The notes under the pieces were generated by a model. It ran no database searches, had not been told where the DNA came from, and worked only from the letters and a program-made list of their open reading frames with translations. From Hyphomicrobiales bacterium (lineage in GTDB: Bacteria; Pseudomonadota; Alphaproteobacteria; Rhizobiales; NORP267), in contig JAUYJB010000070.1 in the NCBI GenBank assembly GCA_030688605.1, positions 18,652 to 82,651 of the forward strand: a stretch of DNA of 64,000 nt, in the 5' to 3' direction. The position numbers and the translations under genes are program-made. Shown piece after piece: positions 47,259 through 57,461 of this stretch (its first letter is position 1; each line of letters starts with the position of its first letter).

Positions 47259-48635
47259 CTAAAAATACTCGAAGCTGACGCGGAACATCTGCTCGACCTG
47301 GGGCACTTTGTCGGCGAGCACGAAGATGACGATGCGGTCATGGGCGTTGATCTGCGTATCGCCGCGCGGAATGATCACCTGACCCTGGCGATAGATGGCG
47401 CCGATGCGCATGCCGTCGAGCAGGGAGACCTCGCGCAGCGGCTGGCCGATCAGCGGCGAGGTATCCAGCGCCTCGGCCTCCAGCACCTCCGCCTGCCCCT
47501 CGTGCACCGTATGCACGCCGCGAATGCGGCCGCGGCGCACATGCTGCAGGATTTTCGACATGGTCACGGCACGCGGATCGACGTGGGCGTCGATGCCCAG
47601 GGACCGCAGAATTGAAACGTAGCCGGCATTGTTGATCAGCGACAGGGCGCGGCGGCAGCCGAGCCGTTTGGCCATGACCGAGGAAAGGATGTTGACCTGG
47701 TCGTCATTGGTCAGCGCGACCATGGTGTCGGCCTGTTCGACATCCGCCTCGCGAAGGATCTCCTCGTCGAGCGCGCTGCCATGCAGCACCACCGTGCGCG
47801 ACAGGTCGTCGGCGATGGCGATCGCGCGGTTGCGCGAGGCTTCGATGATCTTGGCCCGCGCCCGGCTGCCGCGCGCCTCAAGCTCGCGGGCCACGAACAG
47901 GCCGATATTGCCGCCGCCGGCGATGATCACGCGGCTTGCCTGCTTCTCCTCATGGCCGAAGATCGAGAGCGTCCGCTCGACCTCGGCGCGGACGGCGACA
48001 AAATAAACCGCGTCGCCGACCAGCATCTGGTCGCTCGAGCGCGGCACGAAGATATGGTCGTCGCGAACGATGCCGACGACCACCGCCCTCAGGTCGGGAA
48101 ACAGTTCGGTGAGCTGGGCGAGCGGCGTATCGACGACCGGACAGTCCTCCTCGCAGGTCACCCCGACGACCGCGATCTCGCCTTCGGCGAAGCTCATGAC
48201 GTCGAAGGCGCCCGGCAGGGCCAGCCGGCGCAAGACCATCTCGCCGACTTCGATCTCCGGCGAGATGATCACGTCGATCGGCAAGTTGTCGCGCGAAAAC
48301 AGGTCGCGCCATTGCTCTTGCAGATAGCTCTGGGCGCGCACCCGGGCCACCTTGGTCGGAATCTTGAACAACGAATGGGCGACCTGGCAGGCGACCATAT
48401 TGACCTCGTCGTGCAGCGTCACGGCGATGATCATGTCGGCGTCGCTGCCGCCGGCCTGATGCAGCACGTCGGGGTGCGAGCCGTGGCCGACAAAGCCGCG
48501 CACGTCGAGCGTGTCGGAAATGGTCTGGATGAGCTGCGGCGAGCTGTCGATGATGGAAACGTCGTTGGCCTCAGCCGACAGCCGTTCGGCAATACCGAAG
48601 CCGACCTGCCCCGCCCCGCATATGATGACCTTCAT
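47259..48635 (-). CDS. trkA: TrkA potassium transporter NAD-binding subunit
   Basis: GAGQVG and GGGNIG RCK domains. Confidence 0.96.
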   Translation of the reverse strand: MKVIICGAGQVGFGIAERLSAEANDVSIIDSSPQLIQTISDTLDVRGFVGHGSHPDVLHQAGGSDADMIIAVTLHDEVNMVACQVAHSLFKIPTKVARVRAQSYLQEQWRDLFSRDNLPIDVIISPEIEVGEMVLRRLALPGAFDVMSFAEGEIAVVGVTCEEDCPVVDTPLAQLTELFPDLRAVVVGIVRDDHIFVPRSSDQMLVGDAVYFVAVRAEVERTLSIFGHEEKQASRVIIAGGGNIGLFVARELEARGSRARAKIIEASRNRAIAIADDLSRTVVLHGSALDEEILREADVEQADTMVALTNDDQVNILSSVMAKRLGCRRALSLINNAGYVSILRSLGIDAHVDPRAVTMSKILQHVRRGRIRGVHTVHEGQAEVLEAEALDTSPLIGQPLREVSLLDGMRIGAIYRQGQVIIPRGDTQINAHDRIVIFVLADKVPQVEQMFRVSFEYF

Positions 48636-48730
48636 GGGTCCCCGCCCAGCGCGCCTTGCACAAGCTTTGCCACGCCGAGATGGCCGATCGCGGCGTCCGG
48701 GTCAAGCCCATCGTCGATGGGCTCCTTCCC

Positions 48731-50125
48731 TCACCCGCTCTCCACCGCCCGTTCCTGCGTGCCGACGCCGAGCGATTTGAGCTTGCGGTGCAGCGCCGAG
48801 CGCTCCATTCCGACGAATTCCGCCGTCTTGGAAACATTGCCGCCGAAGCGGCTGATCTGGGCGATGAGATATTCGCGCTCGAAGAATTCGCGCGCCTCGC
48901 GCAGCGGCATGGCCATGAGCTGCTCGCCGCCGGCGCCGTTCGGCGACGGCGGCAGCGTTCCGCCGACCTCGGCCGGCAGGAGATTGGCGGTAATCACCGT
49001 GTCCGGATTGCCGCCGGCGAGGATCATCAGCCGCTCCACATTGTTGCGCAGCTGGCGCACATTGCCGGGCCAGTCGTGGGACTGGATGACGGCCATGGCG
49101 TCGCCGCCGACCTTGCGTATCGCGAGCCCCGTGGCGCGCGAGATCTGGGCCATGAAATAATCCACCAGCTCCGGAATGTCATCGCGCCGCTCGGCGAGGC
49201 TGGGGACACGAATCGGCACCACGCTCAGGCGGTGGTAGAGGTCTTCGCGCAGGCGGCCGTTGCGGATTTCCTTGTCGAGGTCGCGGCTGGAGGAGGAAAT
49301 GATGCGCACATCGACATGCACGCGCGCCGAGCCGCCGACGCGCAGAAAATTCTGATCGACCAGGACGCGCAGAATCTTGGCCTGCGTCTCGCGCGGCATG
49401 TCGGCGACCTCGTCGATATAGAGGGTGCCGCCGTGGGCCGCCTCGAGCGCGCCGACCATGGGCTGGCCGCGCGGATTTTCCTCCGTGCCGAACAGCTCGA
49501 CCTCCATGCGCTCCGGCTCCATGGCCGCCGCGTTCAGCACCAGGAAGGGGCCTTCGGCGCGGTTCGACATGGCATGCAGCGTGCGCGCACTCAACTCCTT
49601 GCCGCAGCCCGAGGGCCCGGTGATCAGGATGCGGCTGTTGGTGCGCGCGACCTTTTCGATCTGGGCGCGTAGCTGGCTGACGGCGAGCGAGGAGCCTACC
49701 AGCCGCGTTTCCGCGCCGGTGCGCACCTTGAGGTCCTTCACCTCTCGCTTCAGGCTCGAGGCCTCCAGCGCGCGTTGCGCCACCAGCACCAGCCGGTCGG
49801 CCTTGAACGGCTTTTCGATATAGTCATAGGCGCCGCGCTTGATCGCCGAGACCGCGGTCTCGATATTTCCGTGCCCGGAGATGATCACCACCGGCACCTC
49901 CGGATTGTCCTCTTTGATCACGTCAAGCAGATCGAGGCCGTCGAGCCGGCTGCCCTGCAGCCAGATATCGAGGAATATGAGCGCGGGCCGTCGCGCCTCG
50001 ATTTCCTTCAGCGCCCGGTCGCTGTCGGCGGCAAGCCGCGTCGTGTGGCCCTCATCCTTGAGGATCCCGGCGACCAACTCGCGGATGTCGGCCTCGTCGT
50101 CAACGATCAGGATATCGGAGCGCAT
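48731..50125 (-). CDS. ntrX: NtrX response regulator
   Basis: LDIWLQGSRLDG receiver; AAA+ domain with ALFGTE-like degenerate GAFTGA region; Fis HTH. Confidence 0.95.
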   Translation of the reverse strand: MRSDILIVDDEADIRELVAGILKDEGHTTRLAADSDRALKEIEARRPALIFLDIWLQGSRLDGLDLLDVIKEDNPEVPVVIISGHGNIETAVSAIKRGAYDYIEKPFKADRLVLVAQRALEASSLKREVKDLKVRTGAETRLVGSSLAVSQLRAQIEKVARTNSRILITGPSGCGKELSARTLHAMSNRAEGPFLVLNAAAMEPERMEVELFGTEENPRGQPMVGALEAAHGGTLYIDEVADMPRETQAKILRVLVDQNFLRVGGSARVHVDVRIISSSSRDLDKEIRNGRLREDLYHRLSVVPIRVPSLAERRDDIPELVDYFMAQISRATGLAIRKVGGDAMAVIQSHDWPGNVRQLRNNVERLMILAGGNPDTVITANLLPAEVGGTLPPSPNGAGGEQLMAMPLREAREFFEREYLIAQISRFGGNVSKTAEFVGMERSALHRKLKSLGVGTQERAVESG

Positions 50126-50151
50126 CTCGGTGGTCCTGTCCGGCTCGCTGT

Positions 50152-52479
50152 TTACTCTGGCGCAGATTCATGGGCCGCCGCCTCGGCCGGTTCCGCTTGC
50201 TTGGGCTCTCCGCGCGGGCGTGTGGCCCGATCGGCGCCGCCGGCATCGGCCACGGCCGGGCCATGGCGGGGGAAGTGCAGCGTGACCTGCGCGCCGTGGC
50301 CGCCTGCGGCGACCTGCGGCGCATCGGCAAGCGTTACGGTTCCGCCATGGTCCTCGATGATGCGGCGGACGATCGCCAATCCGAGACCGGTGCCCTTTTC
50401 CCGCGTCGTCATATAGGGCTCGAGCAGCCGGTGCCGGTTCTCCTTCGGAAAGCCGCAGCCATTGTCGGTTACCGCAATGGTGATGGCGTCGTCGGTGGCG
50501 GCAAGCTTGACCTCGATCCACGGCGTCTCGCCGTCGGCCATGTCGGCGGCGGCGAGCGCCTCGGCGGAATTCTTGACCAGATTGGTCACCGCCTGGGTCA
50601 GCAGCCGCCGGTCGCAAATGCCGATGATCGGTCCCTGCGGCGCGTCGACGCCGATCTTGAGATCGTCGCGGCCGACGCCGATCAGAAATGCCGCCTGGCG
50701 CACGGCGTCGGCGATGTCAACCTCGGCCAGAACCGCTTTGGGCATGCGCGCAAAGGACGAAAACTCGTCGACCATGCGGCCGATGTCGCCGACCTGCCGA
50801 ATGATGGTGTCGGTGCATTGCTCGAACACCTCCCGGTCCTGCGTAATCGTACCGGCATATTTGCGCTTGAGCCGCTCGGCGGAAAGCTGAATCGGCGTCA
50901 GCGGGTTCTTGATCTCGTGGGCGATGCGCCGCGCCACGTCGGCCCAGGCCGATGTGCGTTGGGCGCTGACCAGCTCGGTAATGTCGTCGAGGGTGACGAC
51001 ATAGCGGCGTTCGTCCTGTCCCGTCCCCTCCGTCGTTACGCGCACGGTGATGTTGCGCTCCTCGCCGTCGCGACGCAAATCGATCTGTCCGCTGACCAGG
51101 CGCTGCCGGTGGCGGATGGCTTTGTCAAGCAGCGGCGCGATCTCGGGCATCGCCTGGCGTAGCGGCCGGCCGAGCAGTCCGTCGGCCTTAGTCTTGAGAA
51201 TGGTCTGCGCCGAACGATTGACGATGTCGACGGTCCCCTCGCCGCTCAGCCCGATGACCCCGGCACTGGCGCCGGCGAGCACGGCCTCGGTGAAGCGTCG
51301 GCGCTGGTCGAGCATCTCATTGGCCTGAAGCAGCTCGCCGCGTTGCGTGCGCAGCTGGTTGGTCATGTCGTTAAACGTCCTGCCGAGATTGGCAAGCTCG
51401 CCCTCCGAGCGGCGGAACGGCACCTGAACCTCGAGATCGCCCTGCGAGACGAGCTGGGCCGCGCCGATCAAGCGGCGGATCGGGGCTACCAGCTTGTTGG
51501 CGAACCAGAAGCCGATCCAGATCGCCGACAACAGCAGAATCAGCGATACGCCGACATACATCAGTCCGAAGGCTACCTGGACGCCGAAACGGCGCGCCTC
51601 AAGCTCGCGATAGCTGAGGATCGCCTGCGCCGTGTCGCGGACCTGCTGCATGACCGCCGGGTCGAGACGGCGGACGAGATAAAGATAGGCATTGTCGTAA
51701 TTGGTCAGCCGCGTAACCCCGCCGACCTGCGTCGCCTGATCGTCGGGTCCCGGCACGAGAATCACCGTCTCGCCTTCGCGGGCGCCCTCGATGGCATAGG
51801 GCGGCGGCACCGGATAGGTGTCGCCCTCTTGGTCGACGAAGCGGGTGAGGATCGTCAGGTCGTCCTTGATGATGTAGGCGCCCGACAGGCCGTGCAGGCG
51901 GGCCTCCGCCGTCACCAGCTCGTCGAAGCGCTCCTTGTTCTGCTCGAACAGCGGCTTGGCGAGTTCGGCGCCGTGAGCCATGGCGATTAGGTCGGCGCGC
52001 ATGGCGCGGGCATGCTCGTCGAGATAGGCCTGGGCGACGCTGGCCGAGTTCTGGATCATCAGCTGGGTGCGGCCGGAAAACCAGCGGTCCAGGCCACGGT
52101 CGAGGGTGACGCTGGCGACCACCGCGACGATGATCGCCGGCAGCGCCGCGACCAGCGCGAACAGGCCGACGATGCGTGCATGCAAACGGGCCCCGGCGAT
52201 GCCGCGCAGGCGCGCGCGAAGGAGGCCTACGACCTGATAGGTGATCAGGCCGACCAGCAGCAGCACCAGCACCCCATTCACCAACAGGGTCGTGACCACG
52301 ACCTCGTGGGTCGGCGAGATCGGCGTCAGGCCGGTGAGGATCAGGAAGGTGGCAAAACCGGACAGGACGGCAAGGATGACGGTCGCCGCGCCGAAATTTC
52401 CGGTCTTGCCGGAGGCGTGGGGGATCGGTGGGCCTATTTCATGGACCCCGGGGCCCGGCTCTTTGGTGACTGCGACCAT
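50152..52479 (-). CDS. ntrY: NtrY sensor histidine kinase
   Basis: TM-HAMP-PAS; [22 protein letters not shown]; TTREKGTGLGL. Confidence 0.95.
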   Translation of the reverse strand: MVAVTKEPGPGVHEIGPPIPHASGKTGNFGAATVILAVLSGFATFLILTGLTPISPTHEVVVTTLLVNGVLVLLLVGLITYQVVGLLRARLRGIAGARLHARIVGLFALVAALPAIIVAVVASVTLDRGLDRWFSGRTQLMIQNSASVAQAYLDEHARAMRADLIAMAHGAELAKPLFEQNKERFDELVTAEARLHGLSGAYIIKDDLTILTRFVDQEGDTYPVPPPYAIEGAREGETVILVPGPDDQATQVGGVTRLTNYDNAYLYLVRRLDPAVMQQVRDTAQAILSYRELEARRFGVQVAFGLMYVGVSLILLLSAIWIGFWFANKLVAPIRRLIGAAQLVSQGDLEVQVPFRRSEGELANLGRTFNDMTNQLRTQRGELLQANEMLDQRRRFTEAVLAGASAGVIGLSGEGTVDIVNRSAQTILKTKADGLLGRPLRQAMPEIAPLLDKAIRHRQRLVSGQIDLRRDGEERNITVRVTTEGTGQDERRYVVTLDDITELVSAQRTSAWADVARRIAHEIKNPLTPIQLSAERLKRKYAGTITQDREVFEQCTDTIIRQVGDIGRMVDEFSSFARMPKAVLAEVDIADAVRQAAFLIGVGRDDLKIGVDAPQGPIIGICDRRLLTQAVTNLVKNSAEALAAADMADGETPWIEVKLAATDDAITIAVTDNGCGFPKENRHRLLEPYMTTREKGTGLGLAIVRRIIEDHGGTVTLADAPQVAAGGHGAQVTLHFPRHGPAVADAGGADRATRPRGEPKQAEPAEAAAHESAPE

Positions 52480-52658
52480 GATCCCTGCGGCCGACGCCCT
52501 CGGCCGTGCTGTTTGAATCCGCCTCTTCCACCGCGACATGTAGCCGATGCGGCTGAAGCAGTTCAATCACAATGTTGCAATAATGCATCACAATATGGCT
52601 TATGACCACGGCTTAAAGCACTTGCCCGTCATAGCGAACGACTTGGCCGCGGACGGCT

Positions 52659-54101
52659 CTAGCGCGAGCCGCGAATGACGCGGATGTTGAGCTCGCGAAT
52701 CTTCTTGCGCAGCGTGTTGCGGTTCAGGCCGAGCAGCTCGGCGGCCCTGATCTGATTGCCGTCGGTCGCGGTCAGAGCGGCGGCGATGAGCGGCGGCTCG
52801 ACCTCCTTGAGGAACCGGTGATAGAGGCCGGCCGGCGGCAAGGCCTCGCCGAAGCCGCCGAAATAGCTGCCGAGATACCACTCCAGAAAGGGTCCGAGCC
52901 CCTGCTCCGGCTCGTCCGCCGCCAGGCCCGGCGCCGGCTGGCCTTGGTTGAGCTCGTTCTCGATCAGGTTGGCGGTGATCATCTCCTGCGGATAAAGAGC
53001 GGCGAGCCGGCGCACCAGGTTCTCCAGCTCGCGCACATTGCCGGGCCAGCAGTGCCGCTTGAGCAGGTCGAGGGCTTCCGGCTCGATGTCCTTGCGCGGC
53101 AGGCCCTCGCGCGCGGCAAGCGCGAAGAAATGCCGCACCAGGTCGGCAATGTCGCTGACCCGTTCGCGCAGGGGCGGAAGCCGCAGCGGCACCACGTTGA
53201 GCCGATAGTACAGATCCTCGCGGAACAACCCCTGGTTGATGAGCTGGCGCAGGTCGCGATTGGTGGCGGCGATGATGCGCACGTCGGTACGAATCGGCGT
53301 GCGCCCGCCGACGGTGGTGTATTCGCCCTGCTGCAACACCCGTAGGAGCCGGGTCTGGGCGTCCATCGGCATATCGCCGATTTCGTCGAGGAACAAGGTG
53401 CCCCCCTCGGCCTGCTCGAAGCGGCCGATGCCGCGGTTCTGTGCGCCGGTGAAGGAGCCCTTCTCGTGACCGAACAGCTCGGCTTCGACGAGGTCGCGCG
53501 GGATCGCCGCCATGTTGATGGCCACGAACGGACCCTTGCGGCGCTTGCCGTAATCGTGCAGGGCGCGGGCGACGAGCTCCTTGCCGGTCCCCGATTCGCC
53601 GGAGATCATCACCGTCAGGTCGGTCTGCAACAACCGCGCCACCAGCCGGTAAATCTCCTGCATGGCCGGCGAGCGGCCGATCAGCGGGAACTTTTCGCTC
53701 TCGCCCTCCTCGGCGGCGGGCGCCTGGCGGGCGCGCGGCTCGGCAAGCGCGCGGCCGATGATCGCGATGAGCTCGTTGAGATCGAAGGGTTTCGGCAGAT
53801 ATTCATAGGCGCCGCGCTCCGAAGCCCGGATCGCCGTCATGAAGGTGTTCTGCGCGCTCATGACGATGACCGGTAGGTCGGGACGCAGCCGTTTGATGCG
53901 CGGCAGAAGCTCGAAGGCATTCTCGTCCGGCATCACCACGTCGGTGATGACGAGATCGCCCTCGCCTTCCGAGATCCAGCGCCACAGGGTGGCCGCGTTG
54001 GAGGTCGAGCGCACCTCGTAGCCGGCTCGCGACAACGCCTGGATGAGCACCGTGCGGATGGCGGCATCGTCGTCGGCGACCAGGATATTACCGCTCGGCA
54101 T
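52659..54101 (-). CDS. ntrC: Nitrogen regulation protein NtrC
   Basis: Receiver; GESGTGKE; GSFTGA; [13 protein letters not shown]. Confidence 0.96.
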   Translation of the reverse strand: MPSGNILVADDDAAIRTVLIQALSRAGYEVRSTSNAATLWRWISEGEGDLVITDVVMPDENAFELLPRIKRLRPDLPVIVMSAQNTFMTAIRASERGAYEYLPKPFDLNELIAIIGRALAEPRARQAPAAEEGESEKFPLIGRSPAMQEIYRLVARLLQTDLTVMISGESGTGKELVARALHDYGKRRKGPFVAINMAAIPRDLVEAELFGHEKGSFTGAQNRGIGRFEQAEGGTLFLDEIGDMPMDAQTRLLRVLQQGEYTTVGGRTPIRTDVRIIAATNRDLRQLINQGLFREDLYYRLNVVPLRLPPLRERVSDIADLVRHFFALAAREGLPRKDIEPEALDLLKRHCWPGNVRELENLVRRLAALYPQEMITANLIENELNQGQPAPGLAADEPEQGLGPFLEWYLGSYFGGFGEALPPAGLYHRFLKEVEPPLIAAALTATDGNQIRAAELLGLNRNTLRKKIRELNIRVIRGSR

Positions 54102-55260
54102 CGGCCCCCTCCGCGGCCTCGGGCGCCTCGTCCGGCATCCGGTCGGAATACATCGGCATCAGCACCCGGAAGGTCGTTCGCCGCGGAACCGATTCGCACT
54201 CGATGACACCGCCATGGTCGCCGATGATCTTGGCGACGAGGGCCAGGCCGAGCCCGGTGCCCGATGCCTTGGTGGTGACGAAGGGATCGAACAGGTGCGG
54301 CGTCAGGTCGGCCGGTACGCCGGGGCCGTTGTCGCGGACGCAGAATTCGAGCGGCAGGCTGACCCGCTCCTTGGCGCCCGGCACCGACAGCCGCACGCCG
54401 GGGCGAAAGGCGGTGGTCAGCGCGATCTCGCCGTCGGGGCTGTCGGGGCCGATCGCCTCGGCCGCGTTCTTGATCAGATTGAGCACCACCTGAACCAGCT
54501 GGTCGCGGTTGGCCAACAGCGGCGGCAATGACGGGTCGTATTCCTCGACGAACCGGATGTGACGGGCAAAGCCGGTCTTGGCCAGGCGTTTGACGTGGTC
54601 GAGAACGGTGTGGATGTTGATCGCGTCGCGGACCACCGGCCGCTGGTCGCCGAACACCTCCATGCGATCGACGAGCTGGCAGATGCGGTCGGTCTCCTCG
54701 GTGATGAGCTGGGTCAGCGAGCGGTCTTCGTCGCTGACCGAGCTCTCCAGAAGCTGGGCCGCGCCGCGGATGCCCGACAGCGGGTTCTTGATCTCGTGGG
54801 CAAGCACCGCGGCAAGCCCGGTGACCGAGCGCGCGGCGCCGCGATGGGTGAGCTGGCGGTCGATCTTTTGGGCCATGGTGCGCTCCTGCAGCATGACCAG
54901 CACCTCATCGGGCCGTTCCGGCAGGGGCGCCACCTGTATGTCGACGACCCGTTCGGCGCCATTGCGCGGCGTACCGAGATCGACGGCATATTCGTTGACC
55001 GGGGCGCCACGCCGGCGGACCTGCTCGACCAGGGCCAGCAGCGGACTGCCGAAGGGAACAAACTCGCTCAACGGCTGGCGCCGCAACACCGCCGCGCCGA
55101 CCTTGAAGAAGGCCTCCGCCGCGTCGTTGGCGAAATGGATGGCGCCGTCCTCGCCGACCAGCAGCACCGGATGCGGCAGAGCGTTCACGACGGCATCGGC
55201 GCCACTTGAACCCAGTGCCGCCAACCCCGTTTCTTTGGCTTTCTGCGCCGCCTTATTCAT
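54088..55260 (-). CDS. ntrB: Nitrogen regulation kinase NtrB
   Basis: PAS; [19 protein letters not shown]; [13 protein letters not shown]. Confidence 0.96.
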   Translation of the reverse strand: MNKAAQKAKETGLAALGSSGADAVVNALPHPVLLVGEDGAIHFANDAAEAFFKVGAAVLRRQPLSEFVPFGSPLLALVEQVRRRGAPVNEYAVDLGTPRNGAERVVDIQVAPLPERPDEVLVMLQERTMAQKIDRQLTHRGAARSVTGLAAVLAHEIKNPLSGIRGAAQLLESSVSDEDRSLTQLITEETDRICQLVDRMEVFGDQRPVVRDAINIHTVLDHVKRLAKTGFARHIRFVEEYDPSLPPLLANRDQLVQVVLNLIKNAAEAIGPDSPDGEIALTTAFRPGVRLSVPGAKERVSLPLEFCVRDNGPGVPADLTPHLFDPFVTTKASGTGLGLALVAKIIGDHGGVIECESVPRRTTFRVLMPMYSDRMPDEAPEAAEGADAER

Positions 55261-55311
55261 GGCTTGACCCCCCGTGCCGTGTGGGTCCAGATAGGTCCGC
55301 AAATGGTCTAG

Positions 55312-55357
55312 TGGCGAAATATTAGGCAACCGTATCTTTTGCATAATCATTAGTCAA
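55312..55357 (-). promoter_or_regulatory. Sigma70 promoter TTGACT-N17-TACGGT overlapped by two NtrC-like boxes
   Basis: -35 at 55352-55357 and -10 at 55329-55334; TGGCG-N7-AGGCA (55312-55328) and TGCAT-N7-AGTCA (55340-55356) resemble TGCAC-N7-GTGCA. Confidence 0.6.
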
Positions 55358-55457
55358 TGTGCTGTATGAACAAATATTAAGAGCGCCGTATTATGCTGCG
55401 CATGGAGGCGAGTCGGGACGTGCAGCGGCCCATTGAACGCGGGAAGGCGGACAAGCC

Positions 55458-56660
55458 ATGCGGACGAGCGCATTGATCGTCGCCGCCGGTCGCGGCGAGC
55501 GCGTGTCCTCGGAGACGGGCGACCGGACGCCGAAGCAGTATCGCTCGATCGGCGGCGCCCCGGTGCTGCGCTGGACGTTGTCGGCGTTCGTGTCGCATCC
55601 GGGCATCAGCCGCGTGGTGACGGTGATCAATCCGAGCCACCGTGAGCTGTATGAGGAGGCGGTGGCCGGTCTCGAGGGCCGGTACACCTGGGTAGCGGGC
55701 GGCGCGACGCGGCAGAAATCGGTCCGTGCGGGCCTGCGGGCGCTGGACGTCTCCAATTCCCGGCAGGTGCTCATCCACGACGCGGTGCGCCCGTTCGCAT
55801 CGGAAAAGCTCATCAACGGCGTCATGCGCGAGCTTGAGAACGCCAAGGCCGTCTTGCCCGTGATGCCGCCGACCGAGACCCTCAAGCGCGTCGCCAATGG
55901 GGTCGTGACCGAAACCCTGGAGCGCGTCGGCCTGGTGGTGGCGCAGACCCCGCAGGGGTTCCATCTGGCCGACATCCTCAACGCCCACAATCGCGCGGCG
56001 GAGATGAAGCGCCATGATTTCACCGACGATGCGGCGGTCGCCGAGTGGGCCGGCCTGAGCGTGCGCGTGATGCAGGGCGAGGCGGGAAACCTGAAGATCA
56101 CCACGGCGGAAGACCTGACCGCCGCCGACCGGAGATTGACCATGGAACAGATCACCGCATCCGGCGATGTGCGAACCGGCCACGGGTTCGACGTGCATGC
56201 CCTCGGGCCTGGCGACCATATGATGTTGTGCGGGGTGCGGGTCGACGCAAACCAGGGGCTTTGCGGCCATTCCGACGCCGATGTCGGCCTGCACGCCCTC
56301 ACCGACGCCATTCTCGGCGCCATCGGCGCCGGCGATATCGGCCAGCATTTCCCGCCCGGCGACCCGCAATGGCGGGGCGCTTCCTCGGACCGCTTCCTCG
56401 CCTTCGCGGCCAAACGCGTCGCGGCGCTTGGCGGGTCCGTCGCCCATGTCGACGTGACGCTGATCTGCGAAGCCCCGTACATTTCGCCCTACCGGGCGGC
56501 GATGCGCGAGGCGGTGGCCCGGATTCTGGGCATCGACAAGTGCCGGGTCAGCGTCAAGGCCACCACCACCGAGGGCCTCGGTTTCACCGGTCGTGGCGAG
56601 GGCATCGCGGCGCAGGCGACCGCGACCATACGCTTGCCGGTGGCCATGGGACACGGATGA
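55458..56660 (+). CDS. ispDF: Bifunctional IspD/IspF
   Basis: AAGRGER...PKQY; HDAVRP; GHGFDVH; HSDADVGLHALTDA; KATTTEGLGFTGR. Confidence 0.97.
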   Translation: MRTSALIVAAGRGERVSSETGDRTPKQYRSIGGAPVLRWTLSAFVSHPGISRVVTVINPSHRELYEEAVAGLEGRYTWVAGGATRQKSVRAGLRALDVSNSRQVLIHDAVRPFASEKLINGVMRELENAKAVLPVMPPTETLKRVANGVVTETLERVGLVVAQTPQGFHLADILNAHNRAAEMKRHDFTDDAAVAEWAGLSVRVMQGEAGNLKITTAEDLTAADRRLTMEQITASGDVRTGHGFDVHALGPGDHMMLCGVRVDANQGLCGHSDADVGLHALTDAILGAIGAGDIGQHFPPGDPQWRGASSDRFLAFAAKRVAALGGSVAHVDVTLICEAPYISPYRAAMREAVARILGIDKCRVSVKATTTEGLGFTGRGEGIAAQATATIRLPVAMGHG

Positions 56661-56670
56661 CGGAGCCGTC

Positions 56671-57195
56671 ATGGAGGCCGATCTGGTGCAATCCGCAACC
56701 CGCCTGGTCGAGCTGCTGCGGCAAAGAAAGCTGCGTCTTGCAACCGCGGAATCCTGCACCGGCGGCCTGATCGCGGCAGCCCTCACCGAGGTGCCCGGCG
56801 CCTCGGATGTTTTCGATTGCGGCTTCATCACCTATGCCAATTCCGCCAAGAACGCTCTTGTCGGCGTGCCGGAGGCGGTCATCGCCGGCTATGGCGCGGT
56901 GAGCAAGGCGGTCGCGGCCCTGATGGCCAAGGGCGCCCTGTTGCGCGCGCCGGCCGACGTCGCCGTCGCGGTCACGGGAATAGCCGGGCCTGGCGGCGGC
57001 AGCGCCGAGAAGCCGGTCGGGCTCGTCCATATCGCGGCAGCCCTCAAGGGCGGCGCCGCGCGCCACAAGGAATGCCGCTTCGGGGACATCGGCCGCGAGC
57101 AGGTCCGCCTCAAGACGGTGGCCGAGGCCTTCGCGCTTATCGAGGCGCTGATCCGCGATCAGCCGGCCTCCGCTTCTTGCTTCACGGGGCCCTAG
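56671..57195 (+). CDS. cinA: CinA/PncC family NMN deamidase
   Basis: ATAESCTGGL; TYANSAK; VTGIAGPGGGS..KPVGLV. Confidence 0.94.
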   Translation: MEADLVQSATRLVELLRQRKLRLATAESCTGGLIAAALTEVPGASDVFDCGFITYANSAKNALVGVPEAVIAGYGAVSKAVAALMAKGALLRAPADVAVAVTGIAGPGGGSAEKPVGLVHIAAALKGGAARHKECRFGDIGREQVRLKTVAEAFALIEALIRDQPASASCFTGP

Positions 57196-57461
57196 AGCGG
57201 TTCATGGTTATAGGGGATCGATTCGATGGTCCAAATCGGTTCATCCGGGCAGGCGCGGGCCGCGACGCGCGATACGGGATATCGGGCGAGCGCCGCAACG
57301 AACCCGGTGGGCCGATTCGGCCCACCGAAGGCCGGGTTCCTTTGCGCCGTGGCGGTGTTGCGGCTCTCGGCCGATGCACCACATCGCCCGGCGAGCCGCG
57401 CCTGGCCCCGGCGCAAAATCATCCCGGTCAAATGGTTCCCTATAACCATGAACCGCTCTAG
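57192..57461. mobile_element. 270-bp MITE, copy 2
   Basis: Same 24-bp terminal repeats and orientation as 26528-26797; flanks GGGCC/GGCCC. Confidence 0.92.

Noticed and set aside
55261-55350. N-terminal extension of NtrB or a dusB remnant
   Set aside because: Overlaps the predicted promoter; similarity to DusB is not convincing
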